Virus record (IMG/VR): IMGVR_UViG_2852574111_000002
Location: 1,316-65,315 of that record
DNA: 64,000 bases
Direction: 5' to 3' (one strand)
Origin: a virus
Lineage: Duplodnaviria; Caudoviricetes
In this document: positions 36,875 to 46,555 of the stretch, piece after piece
Position numbering within the stretch: the first letter of the stretch is position 1
Layout of the letters: each line of letters begins with the position of its first letter
The notes under the pieces: generated by a model
Databases searched by the model: none
What the model was told of the DNA's origin: nothing
What the model saw: only the letters and a program-made list of their open reading frames with translations
Translations under genes and position numbers: made by a program

Positions 36875-37407
36875 CGCACCAATCCCGGGAAGTTGGCACG
36901 GGTGTAGACCCGGCGCGGGAACTTCTTGTTGCCGAGGTTCGACAGTCTGGCCGTGCCGGTCACCGAGGAACCGACGACCTTCACCGAGGAGATCAGGAAC
37001 TCCACCGGGCCGTAGATCGGCTCGGAAGGATCATCGTCGCGATATTCGCGATAGATCGCCTTGAGATCGGCATTGTAGCCGACGGCCGCCTCGAGATAGG
37101 CGGTCAGCTCGCGCGCCACGTTGTCGATGGTGATCTGCGTCTGCGGAATCTGGCCCTGCGCCAGCTCGGCGAAGAGCGAGGTGAAGGCCGAGGGCTGGAA
37201 GGTCGCCATGGCGCCCGGCGTGAACACCGCCGAGGTCTCGATCCCGAGCGTGCGCGCCATGACGTCATGCACCAGGCGTGCCGGCACCTCATTGCCCTCG
37301 TCGTCCTGAATGGCCGGGTGTTGAAGCTCCAGCGTGACATAGACGCTGAATGCCGTGGTACAGGAGGCCTCAGCCTCTTCCCACGCGGCGTTGAGCGGCA
37401 CGCTCAC
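36871..37407 (-). CDS. DUF1833-like minor tail protein
   Basis: TLELQHP, ITIDNV.REL, KFPRRVYT..FPGL; position after the distal tail gene. Confidence 0.72.
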   Translation of the reverse strand: MSVPLNAAWEEAEASCTTAFSVYVTLELQHPAIQDDEGNEVPARLVHDVMARTLGIETSAVFTPGAMATFQPSAFTSLFAELAQGQIPQTQITIDNVARELTAYLEAAVGYNADLKAIYREYRDDDPSEPIYGPVEFLISSVKVVGSSVTGTARLSNLGNKKFPRRVYTRANFPGLVR

Positions 37408-37796
37408 GGCGACACCGGGACGAGTTCGGCCGGCAGGACCAGCATAGAGAATGACACCATGGTCTCGGCGCCGATCGAGCCGTACTGGATGCCGCCGGCG
37501 CCACCGATGATCTGCACGACGCGGGTCGTATAGGTCTGGCCGTCGAGCGACACCGGCATGAGGAAGCGCGTCGCGCCGTCTCCAATCGTCGCGAGGAAGT
37601 CACCGAAGGCGACCATCTGCGCGGCGGTCAGGCCGCGCCCCCATCTTGCCGTGCCGACACGGTCCCCGGGCCGCCGCCGCTGGCGGGTGTCGCCCCCCTC
37701 CATCTCGGTGGAGATTGCCTCCCGACCCGGAACATAGCCCCATGCGGAACGCTCCGGGCGGAATGGGACCGTGGCCGGCCATTCAGCGTATGCCAT
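37404..37796 (-). CDS. Distal tail-like protein
   Basis: WP..VP.RP, MEGG..RQRRR, GA.RF.MPV. Confidence 0.7.
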   Translation of the reverse strand: MAYAEWPATVPFRPERSAWGYVPGREAISTEMEGGDTRQRRRPGDRVGTARWGRGLTAAQMVAFGDFLATIGDGATRFLMPVSLDGQTYTTRVVQIIGGAGGIQYGSIGAETMVSFSMLVLPAELVPVSP

Positions 37797-40700
37797 CAAC
37801 CAAGATCCCCGCGACGCAAGCCGTAACGGCGCTCAACAGCCGTAGCGACGTCTCCGCCATCCTCGAACTGCCGGCTCACCTCATCGGCGGCGACACGGCG
37901 CATCATCAGCTCGATGTCGATTCCGCCATCGGCCCCCATCGTGGCCCGCGTCCGGGCGGTGTAACCCGCCGGGGCATTTCTGACATGGACCGAGATGCGG
38001 GGCGGCGCCATGGGCCGGCTGTTGTCATTCGCCGTGCCACGGAACGCCCGCAGCGCGTCGGCGACACCGACGCCGCCGCCATCGGCATAGCCGCGGAGAC
38101 CGCGATGCAATGCGTCGAGGTTGCCGACGCCGGCGCTGCGGACGGCCTCCTGCGAGAAGACGAACTCGCCCCGGTGCACGAGGCCGGCGGTCTCGTACTT
38201 GCCGCCCGCACCGGTGTAGCCGCCGATATCGTATAGACCCTTCCCGGAGGCCGGCGCATAGCCGGCCAGAGACGGGCCGGACGATGCTGGTGTCCCGAAG
38301 CCGAGGAAGCCGGCCACGATGCTGCCCAAGGTGTTGCCGCCGCCGGTGCCCGGTCCGAAGAGGCTCGAGGCGAGGTTCTGCATCGCCATGTCCAGAACGA
38401 CATTAAGCGCGCGCTTGGCGGCGTTCTCCAGCGCCTCCATGGCATCAGCGCCGTCCAGGATGTCGCTGACGAAGCCGGAGAGCGCGTCGCCGGCGATATC
38501 CCGGGTGGTGCTGAGGATGGCATTCAGCCGGAGCGCCTGTGCTTCGAAGGAATCCATGTCGACGGGAAGGCCAGCGGAGCGCAGTGTCGAGGCGATCTGC
38601 TGATCGATGGGACCCCGGCCGAGCTGATCGCGCTCAAACTGGATATCCGCCAACAGGTTGAGACGCGCCGTCAGCTCCGCCTTGCGGCCAAGCTCGGCGT
38701 TCTGCTGCTTCAGCAGTTCAAGCTGGCGTTCATCGACCGAGGTGCCGTTGGCTTCGGCCTCACGCTTCAGTTCCCAATACGCCTGGAAGTTCGCCCGGAG
38801 CTCGGCGACCTCTCCTGCTGTCTTCCCGATGAGCTCAGCTTCAAGTTCCTGCGCCGCGACGCTCTGCTGCGCGCTGAGCAGGCGATCCCGGCCGGCTTGG
38901 TCAAGCGCTACCGTCGCCTGCGTGAGCTCGCGCGTCGCCGCCGCCTCGGCGCGGGCCGCCGCGGTCTTGCCGTCGGCGCCTTCGGTCTCTGCGCGGTAGC
39001 GCTCAAGTGCCGCCGACGCAGCTGCACGCTGTTCCGGCGTGATCGCCTTCAGCAGGGCGATCTCAAGTTCCTGCTCACGGCGAACGACCTCGGCCTGCGG
39101 AACAAGGTTCCCATAGGCGTCGGTCATGGACCGGATTTGGTTCGTGACGCCCTGAAGCGCGCTCTCCTGCGCCGAGGCGTCGCCAACACCCTCGCGCAGT
39201 GCCTCCCTCAGCTTCGCCTGCTGCTTCTGGAGGTCAATGAGCTGCTGCACGCGCGGATCGCGCGTCGAGACGATAGAGCGGGCCTCGGCGTCGAGAAGGT
39301 TCCGGTCGGCTATAACGCCCTTGGTCTCGATATCGGCGCGTTCGGCGTAAGCCTTCGCCAGTTCGGCATTGTTCGTTCGGAGACGCTCGACGAGACCGCC
39401 ACGATAGCGACCTGCCGACGTGCTGTTGAGCGCCCTATCGAGGTCCGCCCGCTCCTTCTCAAGAGCGGCGATGCGCTCCCCGAGCGACGGTCCGGTCATC
39501 AGGGCGTCGATGCCCTGCCCCATCGCAGTGTAGGCGCCGGAGGCGGCGTTCCGGATGGACAGCCAGGCGCGGCCGAGAAGCGTCAGGTTGTCGTTCGCCG
39601 CGGGCAGCGTCTGATTAAGGCGCTGAAGCAGTACCACCGCGGCTTCGTGGGTGCGGTTGCTGTTCGCGAGGTCGCGGATGTAGCGGATCGTCGTGCCGTC
39701 GAGGAACAGCAGCTTCTCGTTGAGCGCCTCGGCGCCCTCGGCCGGCCGAGCGAATGCCTCCGAAATCTGATCGGACGCGGCGCCGAGATCCTGCTGAGTG
39801 ACGGCAGCATAGCGCTTGGTGGCGTCTACCAAGCCCTCATACAGGTCGGTGCCGATCTTTCCGGTGGAAGTCATCGCGGCAACGATCTGCCGCGCCTCGG
39901 CGACCGTCGCATCGGAGGAATCCGCCGCGGCGACGGCTATCGCCTTCAGGTCGTCGAGAGTGGCGCGGGTCGCCCTGCCCCGCCCCTGCAAGGCAGCCTG
40001 CAGCTCCTTTTCGCCGTTCACCCAGCTGGCATAGGACGCCACGGCCGCAACGCCGACCGCCGCAATCGCGGTCACCGCGAGGCCCGCCGGCGTCACCAGC
40101 CCGCCGAGCGAGCCGCCGAGCGCCTGAATGCCGGCGACAAGGCCACCCTCACGGGTCGAAAGGATCTGATAGATCTGGCCGGCCTGCGAGGCGAACACCT
40201 GCATGGGCGGAGCGCCCATGGCCATCATGGTGATGATGTCGTTGACCTGGAACGACAGGTTCGACAGGTCGAAGGTGCTCAGCGTGCGGCGCGCCTGCTC
40301 CAAGCCGCGGAGCATCACGACCTGTTCGGCAAAGGCGTTCTTGGTCCGCTGGATGGAAGCGGCACGTTCGGTTTCCGTCAGGATGCCGAGTTTGGCGGCA
40401 TGATTGATCTCGTCGAGGGTCTCCTTGTAGACGCGCTGCACCTGCGCGAGCGGCAGGTACTTCTCCCGCAGGCGCTGGATTTCATTGCCGACGGCAGCGA
40501 TGTCGGCGGCGCGGGCTTCAGTGCTGAAGTCGTCGCGAACGCCGAGCACAGCGTTGTAGCTCTGCTGCGCGGCTGCGGCGGCCGCGATGGCCTGCGTCTC
40601 CTCTTGGACGCGGCGCGTCATCTCCTGCTGCGCGGCCGAAACGATCCGATGCTTGGCATGCATCAGGTCGAGGGTTCTGGCGTACTCCTCCGCAGTGATC

Positions 40701-40981
40701 GCACCCTGCTGAAGGGCACGATCCAGCCGCTGATGCTCGCGCGCGAGCGTCTGGATCGTGCGGAACTCTTCGTCGTACTTCCGGCGGACGGTATCGGCCG
40801 CATTCGAGGCAGAGATCTGGCGCTTCGTCACCGTGTCGGTGACGGTTGCCATGCTCTCGCCGCTACGGGCGACATTGCCCTGCGCCGCCGCCACCGCATT
40901 GAGGTCCGCGGCCGCCTTGTCGGCACCACGGCTCTCATACTGCGTGACAACGCGCCGGATCTGTTCGACGGTAATTGCCAT
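37796..40981 (-). CDS. Tape measure protein
   Basis: About 1060 aa, Ala-rich helical; NLSFQVNDI..M..GAPPMQVFASQ.GQI; C-terminal GGYTG.GGKYE.AG.VHRGEFV. Confidence 0.92.
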   Translation of the reverse strand: MAITVEQIRRVVTQYESRGADKAAADLNAVAAAQGNVARSGESMATVTDTVTKRQISASNAADTVRRKYDEEFRTIQTLAREHQRLDRALQQGAITAEEYARTLDLMHAKHRIVSAAQQEMTRRVQEETQAIAAAAAAQQSYNAVLGVRDDFSTEARAADIAAVGNEIQRLREKYLPLAQVQRVYKETLDEINHAAKLGILTETERAASIQRTKNAFAEQVVMLRGLEQARRTLSTFDLSNLSFQVNDIITMMAMGAPPMQVFASQAGQIYQILSTREGGLVAGIQALGGSLGGLVTPAGLAVTAIAAVGVAAVASYASWVNGEKELQAALQGRGRATRATLDDLKAIAVAAADSSDATVAEARQIVAAMTSTGKIGTDLYEGLVDATKRYAAVTQQDLGAASDQISEAFARPAEGAEALNEKLLFLDGTTIRYIRDLANSNRTHEAAVVLLQRLNQTLPAANDNLTLLGRAWLSIRNAASGAYTAMGQGIDALMTGPSLGERIAALEKERADLDRALNSTSAGRYRGGLVERLRTNNAELAKAYAERADIETKGVIADRNLLDAEARSIVSTRDPRVQQLIDLQKQQAKLREALREGVGDASAQESALQGVTNQIRSMTDAYGNLVPQAEVVRREQELEIALLKAITPEQRAAASAALERYRAETEGADGKTAAARAEAAATRELTQATVALDQAGRDRLLSAQQSVAAQELEAELIGKTAGEVAELRANFQAYWELKREAEANGTSVDERQLELLKQQNAELGRKAELTARLNLLADIQFERDQLGRGPIDQQIASTLRSAGLPVDMDSFEAQALRLNAILSTTRDIAGDALSGFVSDILDGADAMEALENAAKRALNVVLDMAMQNLASSLFGPGTGGGNTLGSIVAGFLGFGTPASSGPSLAGYAPASGKGLYDIGGYTGAGGKYETAGLVHRGEFVFSQEAVRSAGVGNLDALHRGLRGYADGGGVGVADALRAFRGTANDNSRPMAPPRISVHVRNAPAGYTARTRATMGADGGIDIELMMRRVAADEVSRQFEDGGDVATAVERRYGLRRGDLG

Positions 40982-41033
40982 GAGCAGGTCCTGCCGTTCC
41001 CTTGCGGGCACGGTTCCGGTGGCGGGGGTGAAG

Positions 41034-41387
41034 ATGAGACTGGCGGCCGTGACCGCGCTGCTATTCGCAGCGACGTTTGGATCGGCGCGCGCCGACAATA
41101 TCGAGACCGCGGCGAACGTGTTGGTGTGTGCCGATCCGCTAAGTGTGAAGGACGCCTACAAGGCGGCCAGCGGGCGCGATCCCGCGTGGCTGAAAGAGCT
41201 CGGCTGCGTCTATGTCGCCGGCGGGATTCCCGGAGTTCTTCTCGACGGTGACTATATCGATGGCACGTGGCGCGTGAGGCTGAGGCCGCCGGGCCGCGAC
41301 GGTACTACGGTGTACGGCTGGTCCTGCTCTTTCCGATTGCCCGGCAAGACAGAGGCTTTCGGCTGCGGCAGGAGCAGCATCTACTAG
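41034..41387 (+). CDS. Small secreted Cys-containing protein (moron)
   Basis: Signal peptide MRLAAVTALLFAATFGSARA; antisense between chaperone and tape measure genes. Confidence 0.65.
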   Translation: MRLAAVTALLFAATFGSARADNIETAANVLVCADPLSVKDAYKAASGRDPAWLKELGCVYVAGGIPGVLLDGDYIDGTWRVRLRPPGRDGTTVYGWSCSFRLPGKTEAFGCGRSSIY

Positions 41388-42106
41388 GCTTCGGCAGGCT
41401 CCGTCCCGGTGACGGCCTCGTTGAGCGCCGCCGACATCTTCGAGATCAGGGTGTGGAAGCGCTCGAAGGCGTCCGGCCCCTTGATGCCCAGCCGCTCCGC
41501 GTAGCGGTCGATCGCGGTGAATGGGATTCCGCCGTGCGGGCCGGGCGTCCGGTCCGACAACAGCGTCCAGAATGCCTTCCATTCGAGTTCGAGGTGATCC
41601 GCCAGCGCCGGCCGCTCGGCGAGCGCCTTCGGCGTCACGCCCTCCTCTCGGGCGAGGTCTTCCAGCCACTGCAACTGGTCGCCCCATGCCACCATCCAGC
41701 GGAGCATGGCGGTCAGGTTGCTCGCGTCGGCTTCGAGCGAGGCAACGCCGCGATCGGCGACGATCCCGCCGGCGGCGACGCAGGCGCCCGCCAGATACTC
41801 GCCTATGTCCGGGTCCGTCAGCAGCTCGACGGTGCAGGGTTCGTCCAGGCTCCAGTCTACGACGACGGTGCGGACTAGCACCTCCGCGAGGATCCGAGCC
41901 GAGACCTCCGGCGGCATCTTCTCCTTCTGCTCGTCAGGGAGTTCCCGAACGAGATCGCCACGCAGCTTCGCCGCCTCGGTGTTGCGCAGGCTGCGGGCCT
42001 TGATATCGAGGCTGATGCCGAGCTCGTCGAGCACGATCCCCTTCACCCACGCGCCGCCGGCTGCCTTGGCCTTTGCCGCCCTGAGATCACCGACCTTCAG
42101 TTTCAC
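41384..42106 (-). CDS. Tail assembly chaperone, G and T parts in one frame
   Basis: Between tail tube and tape measure; G-like part ends about EADASN, T-like part LRW..WG..IPFTAIDRYA. Confidence 0.72.
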   Translation of the reverse strand: MKLKVGDLRAAKAKAAGGAWVKGIVLDELGISLDIKARSLRNTEAAKLRGDLVRELPDEQKEKMPPEVSARILAEVLVRTVVVDWSLDEPCTVELLTDPDIGEYLAGACVAAGGIVADRGVASLEADASNLTAMLRWMVAWGDQLQWLEDLAREEGVTPKALAERPALADHLELEWKAFWTLLSDRTPGPHGGIPFTAIDRYAERLGIKGPDAFERFHTLISKMSAALNEAVTGTEPAEA

Positions 42107-42285
42107 GAGGTCTTCTCCTGCTTCGGCGCGGGCTTGCCCCAGCGCGCATGTTTCTTGGCGACGATGAGCTCGGCGTAATCCGCCGGCACATCATCGGGAA
42201 CGGAGAGGGTTTCGCCGGCGGCGAACGCGCGCCGGCGGCCCTCGGGATAGCCCGTGAAGGGCTCCACGATCTCGACCGTCTTCAT
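42103..42285 (-). CDS. Small phage hypothetical protein
   Basis: RBS and coupling; 60 aa. Confidence 0.6.
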   Translation of the reverse strand: MKTVEIVEPFTGYPEGRRRAFAAGETLSVPDDVPADYAELIVAKKHARWGKPAPKQEKTS

Positions 42286-42311
42286 GGGAGTTTCCTTTGG
42301 GGAGAGGCCGA

Positions 42312-43238
42312 TCAGGCCACGGCGCGCGTGATCTTCACCGAGCAGGCCTCGGTGGCGTCGTAGACCGCGCGGAACGGGATGGAGACCATCACGTCGTCGT
42401 TGTTGCCGCCGATCTGCTTCGCGCCGTCGAGGAAGATGATCTTGGGCAGCAGGACCGTGTATTTCTTGTTCGCGTCCTTGCCGATGTTGAAGCTCAGAGC
42501 GCCGCCGCCGTGGTCGAGCACCGCCTGGTAAAGCGCCTGGCTCTCGAAATAGGCCTCGAGGGTGCCGGTGCTGTCGAAACGGCCGGCACCGAACTCCTCC
42601 GTGAAGAGCGAGCCGACCACCGGGCGTTCGCGGAGGTTGTTGTTGAATTCGAGATTGAGGCTCCGCACCTTCGGGACCGGGTTGAGCCCGGCGACCGCCA
42701 GGGCCGCGACGTGAGCGGACGACGTCAGGATCGGCTCGGTCGTCGCCGCCGTGTAGGTGGCATCGGTGACAATCGTCGAAGCGAGTGTCTCCTTCTGGCC
42801 GACTAGACCGATCGAACCGGTGACTTTCGCGCGCGCCGCGATCGCAAGGGAGAAGGTGTTGACGGTGCAGCCGGTGTAGCGGTGGAAGCTGTCGGTGGCG
42901 CCGAGCTCCAGCGTCTCCTCGACGGTGAAATACTTTGGGGTGATGCCGTTCTTCAGGACGTTGGTGGCCCAGGTGCCGCGCAGCGCCGCCTCGAGCATGT
43001 CGTCGAAGGTGCTGTAGGAGAATTCGAAGGGATAGGCGCCGCTGACGCCGAGGCCCAGCAGACCTTCGTCGGGCACGTTGCGGTCAGCCCGGAGCTCGTC
43101 GCTGGTCTGCGTCGTCTTGTTGGTGCGCGGCCCGCCGCCGGTGGTGCGGAAGGTCTTGAAGGTCGGGGTGGCCGGCGTGGTGCCATACGTCGCCTCGGCG
43201 ACATAGGCGATCCGCGCCTCGCTCGAATTGGCAGGCAT
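42312..43238 (-). CDS. Major tail tube protein
   Basis: E.TYGTTPATP.F..R.TG, S.ELR.DRN. Confidence 0.85.
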   Translation of the reverse strand: MPANSSEARIAYVAEATYGTTPATPTFKTFRTTGGGPRTNKTTQTSDELRADRNVPDEGLLGLGVSGAYPFEFSYSTFDDMLEAALRGTWATNVLKNGITPKYFTVEETLELGATDSFHRYTGCTVNTFSLAIAARAKVTGSIGLVGQKETLASTIVTDATYTAATTEPILTSSAHVAALAVAGLNPVPKVRSLNLEFNNNLRERPVVGSLFTEEFGAGRFDSTGTLEAYFESQALYQAVLDHGGGALSFNIGKDANKKYTVLLPKIIFLDGAKQIGGNNDDVMVSIPFRAVYDATEACSVKITRAVA

Positions 43239-43263
43239 GGCAGTTCTCCGATGTGAGGGAAGG

Positions 43264-43674
43264 TCAGCCTAGGAAGTCGGCGTCGTAGGCGACGGCGCAG
43301 CTCAGCGCCCAGTAGTTGCCGTCATCGTTCCGGTCATCGAGGACGGCGGGCGAGGCACCCGCGGTGCGAACCGGGCCGAAGTCCCGATGACGGAAGTGAG
43401 CGCGGAGTTCGTCGAGCCAGGCGGTCCAGTCGATGACGCCGGCGCCACGCGGGATCATCAGCACGAAGCGGATCGCACCTTCCTCGCGCTGTAGGTTTTC
43501 ACCTGGCGCGCCGATGCTGGCGACACTCTCCTGCGCCAGCGGGTACTGCACGGCGAGGAAGGGATCACCGCCTTCCGGCGGTTGGAAGGTCTCGTTCGGA
43601 TACGCGATCGGGGTGCGCGTCCAGAACGCGTCCACCCTCTCCTTCACCGCGATCATCACCGCTGCCGAGGCCAT
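43264..43674 (-). CDS. Tail terminator-like protein
   Basis: PIAYPNE.F.PP, EG.I...PRG.G; position before the tube gene. Confidence 0.72.
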   Translation of the reverse strand: MASAAVMIAVKERVDAFWTRTPIAYPNETFQPPEGGDPFLAVQYPLAQESVASIGAPGENLQREEGAIRFVLMIPRGAGVIDWTAWLDELRAHFRHRDFGPVRTAGASPAVLDDRNDDGNYWALSCAVAYDADFLG

Positions 43675-43676
43675 GG

Positions 43677-44351
43677 CTACCTCACCCTGATCACGATGGC
43701 TGGCTGGCGGCTTTCGCGTTCCATCCGAATGGCGGACTGCCGAGCGGGCTGATTTCGCATCGCCCGGCGCTCGGCGCGGTTGGCAGCGCCGGGCACATAG
43801 CCGAGCAGCGGCGAGCGGTAAGTGAACCGGATGCTGGCGACGTTGTTGAACCGCTGGCGCGCCAGCACGGTGACCGCTTCATAAACGCCATCCGGCGCCT
43901 GTTTCGAGAGGCCCCGTTCAATCTTCCGGGCATAGGGCTGCAGGTTGAGGAAGACGTATTCCTCCGCCGGCGGCACCTCGGCGCCCGGGGCGATCTCGAC
44001 GCCGTCCGCATAGAAGGCGTGGCTGCCCTGATATCGGCCGGTGAGCACTGGTGAATGCTTCACCAGCATCTCACCGATCCAATCGAACAGGTCGTTCAAC
44101 AAGTCGAACTCGAAGACGATGACGCCATCGGGCTTCACGCTCTCCAGCGGAGCGCCGAGGCGGCCGTCAACATAGGTTTCGTGCGGCGGCACGACGCCGG
44201 TAGCGCGGCGGTTGATCTCTTGCGCCTCGGCGAGCGCCTTCCGGGCATAGCCGGCCAGCCTCCGGCCGCGCTCCGCCGGCGGCTCGCCCTCACGGATCGC
44301 CAGCATGATGCTGCGCTCAATCGGCTCGATCCGCGTGGTGACCTTGGCCAC
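43677..44351 (-). CDS. Tail completion (HK97 gp10-like) protein
   Basis: SPV.TG.Y..SH, PYARKIE; position in the neck module. Confidence 0.68.
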   Translation of the reverse strand: MAKVTTRIEPIERSIMLAIREGEPPAERGRRLAGYARKALAEAQEINRRATGVVPPHETYVDGRLGAPLESVKPDGVIVFEFDLLNDLFDWIGEMLVKHSPVLTGRYQGSHAFYADGVEIAPGAEVPPAEEYVFLNLQPYARKIERGLSKQAPDGVYEAVTVLARQRFNNVASIRFTYRSPLLGYVPGAANRAERRAMRNQPARQSAIRMERESRQPAIVIRVR

Positions 44352-44710
44352 TAGCCGCGGACCTGCAGGTTGATGCGGACCAGTTCGCCGCCGAGATAGA
44401 TGGGCTCGGCAGCGATCACGGCCCGCGCCCGGCCGGCCGACACCAGCGTGTCGCCGGCTTTCGGGGGCTCCGGCGTGCCGGCCGGCCAACCAGCCGCCTT
44501 GATCTGGGTCGGCGCCATCACAACCTTGCCGTCGCCCTGCATGATGCCGCCGACAAGCTCGTCCGGCGCATAGCCGCGGAGCTTGATCCGGACTGTGACA
44601 TCGGCCGTGGTCTTGTTCGTGCCGGCCCACGTCGACCGGCGCAGAACAGCATCGTGCCCATGATGCTGAAGCTGCCGATCCAAGGCGGCGATGGCGGCCG
44701 AAGGGGTCAT
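44351..44710 (-). CDS. Head-tail adaptor/closure protein
   Basis: G....LRR, Y.P.ELVG.I.QGD. Confidence 0.7.
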   Translation of the reverse strand: MTPSAAIAALDRQLQHHGHDAVLRRSTWAGTNKTTADVTVRIKLRGYAPDELVGGIMQGDGKVVMAPTQIKAAGWPAGTPEPPKAGDTLVSAGRARAVIAAEPIYLGGELVRINLQVRG

Positions 44711-44715
44711 CTTGC

Positions 44716-45315
44716 TCAACCCATCATAGGAGCAATGTAAGGGCGCACCAGTTGCGCCGCTGTCGGGCTGACCAGAAGGTCGGCCACGCCGGGAACTCGG
44801 TAGGAGAAGGCGCCGATGTCCTCGACCGTCTCCGATTTCAGCAGTTCGTCGCGTGCCCGGCCGGCATGATAGGCCGCGGCTTCGAGGGCGACGGCACGCT
44901 CTACAGGGAGCGGCAGCGTCCGCGCGGCGTCGGGCGCAAGGATGAACCCGGCCTTGTATGTGATCTCCACGGCCTCGCGCCAAACGGCACACCTTCCGAG
45001 GCGCCGAAACCACTGCCCATCGGACTGATAGCCGCCGGGCGTGAGCGGATTTCCATTGAGATTGAAGGTCAGCACCTCGGTGACGGGGCCGCGCGACACC
45101 ATGAACTCCCCGCCGCGGATGTCGCCGCGCTCGAAGGTCTCGCGATAGGTCTGGAGCGGGAAAATCCGGCGGCAGACGTCGGAAATCGCCGCCGATGCGT
45201 GACCGATGAGCAGTTCGACCTGTTCATCGGCCATTTCGCCGAAGTCTGCCAGCGCGCGAGCGCGGGCGACCGTCGTCAGCGCCATGGTTTCAGCCGGCGT
45301 GACGACCGTCAGCAT
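44716..45315 (-). CDS. Head-tail connector protein (helper)
   Basis: MLTVVTPA..LTT; Y.AGF; homologous to the satellite copy. Confidence 0.8.
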   Translation of the reverse strand: MLTVVTPAETMALTTVARARALADFGEMADEQVELLIGHASAAISDVCRRIFPLQTYRETFERGDIRGGEFMVSRGPVTEVLTFNLNGNPLTPGGYQSDGQWFRRLGRCAVWREAVEITYKAGFILAPDAARTLPLPVERAVALEAAAYHAGRARDELLKSETVEDIGAFSYRVPGVADLLVSPTAAQLVRPYIAPMMG

Positions 45316-45319
45316 GCGA

Positions 45320-45988
45320 TCAGCCCTTCTTGGCGCGCTTGGCGATGAAATCCGCCTTGCCGGCGGCGTCGAGGCCGTTGAAAGCCTCGGCATCGGCCTT
45401 CGTCAGCTTCTCCGCGAACTCGACGCCGTCGGCATCGAGGACGGAATAGCTGCCACCGCCGCGATGGACGGCCTTCAGGTCGGCCTGCGCCGGATTCGGC
45501 ACGTTTCCGGAGGCTTCGCCGAACTGATCGGTCTGCGCGGCGGCCACAGCAGCCGGGGCAGAGGGCGGAGTCGGCGCGCCGGGAGCCGAAAGCGGCTGTT
45601 CCGTCACGCCGGACGACGGAACGACGCCGAAAACGGGCTCGGCGCCCTCCATTTCGCGCACCATCTGCTCTTTGGCGGCGGCAACCATCTCGGCATGGAC
45701 GAGATTGCCGCTCCAGGGGGCGCCGGAACGCGCGATGATCGCCTTGAGCTCGTCATCCGAGGCCGCGGCGAGCTTGCGGTCGACCGCCGCGATGATACGG
45801 CCGTCGATTTCGGCCTTGGCGGCCTTCTCGGCGTCGTCGTTCTTGCCCGGCTCGATATAGCCGGCGTCCACCAGACCGTCGAAATGACCATCCACGAAGG
45901 GATATTCGAGGCCGACGGCGAGGTTTTCGATATTCACGCCGTCCACCGCATAGGGGAACGACTTCAGTACCTTGCCCTGGCGTGCCAT
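45320..45988 (-). CDS. Phage head-region hypothetical protein
   Basis: 222-aa ORF with low-complexity linker between decoration and connector genes. Confidence 0.65.
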   Translation of the reverse strand: MARQGKVLKSFPYAVDGVNIENLAVGLEYPFVDGHFDGLVDAGYIEPGKNDDAEKAAKAEIDGRIIAAVDRKLAAASDDELKAIIARSGAPWSGNLVHAEMVAAAKEQMVREMEGAEPVFGVVPSSGVTEQPLSAPGAPTPPSAPAAVAAAQTDQFGEASGNVPNPAQADLKAVHRGGGSYSVLDADGVEFAEKLTKADAEAFNGLDAAGKADFIAKRAKKG

Positions 45989-46048
45989 GGGGCGAACTCC
46001 TCTGTCTCCGGGCGGGTCCGCACGGCGCCTATGACGGCGCCGGCGTCA

Positions 46049-46474
46049 TCAGACCGGCGGGTTGGGGGTCGGACGGAGGTTGTTGCGGCCGAGAATCCAC
46101 ACAGCCGCGATGAAGACGTTGCCGGTGTTGCCGGACGGCGTGATCGTCGCCCGGAGATACTGCTTGCCACCGACGTAGCCGATCTTCCGAACGGTATCGT
46201 CGGCGGCGAACGTGAAGCCGGCGTTCGCCAGCGTGCCGTTGAGCTGGTCGGCCGGCACCGGAGTGGCGTCCGAGAGGTTCGCCAGGTCGCCGTGTTCGAA
46301 GGTGACGGAGAACGTCGCGTCGACATCAGCAAGGCCGCCGATGAGAAGGGCGAGCGCAACGGCTTCCACGCCGATCCTGTTGAGGATCTGGGTCACGAAC
46401 GGGGTGTTGTCGGCCACCGCGGCGGCCGGCGAGATCGCCCGCTTCAGGTCGATATTCGAGATCAGGTCCCGCAT
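46049..46474 (-). CDS. Putative capsid decoration protein (helper)
   Basis: Follows the capsid gene; paralogue of 29976-30404. Confidence 0.6.
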   Translation of the reverse strand: MRDLISNIDLKRAISPAAAVADNTPFVTQILNRIGVEAVALALLIGGLADVDATFSVTFEHGDLANLSDATPVPADQLNGTLANAGFTFAADDTVRKIGYVGGKQYLRATITPSGNTGNVFIAAVWILGRNNLRPTPNPPV

Positions 46475-46555
46475 CGCAGGAGCCTCCATAAGCAAGACGG
46501 TGCCAGACGCGCCGGGTGCGCCGGCGCGCTGGTCATTTCCGTCGATGAAGGGAAA

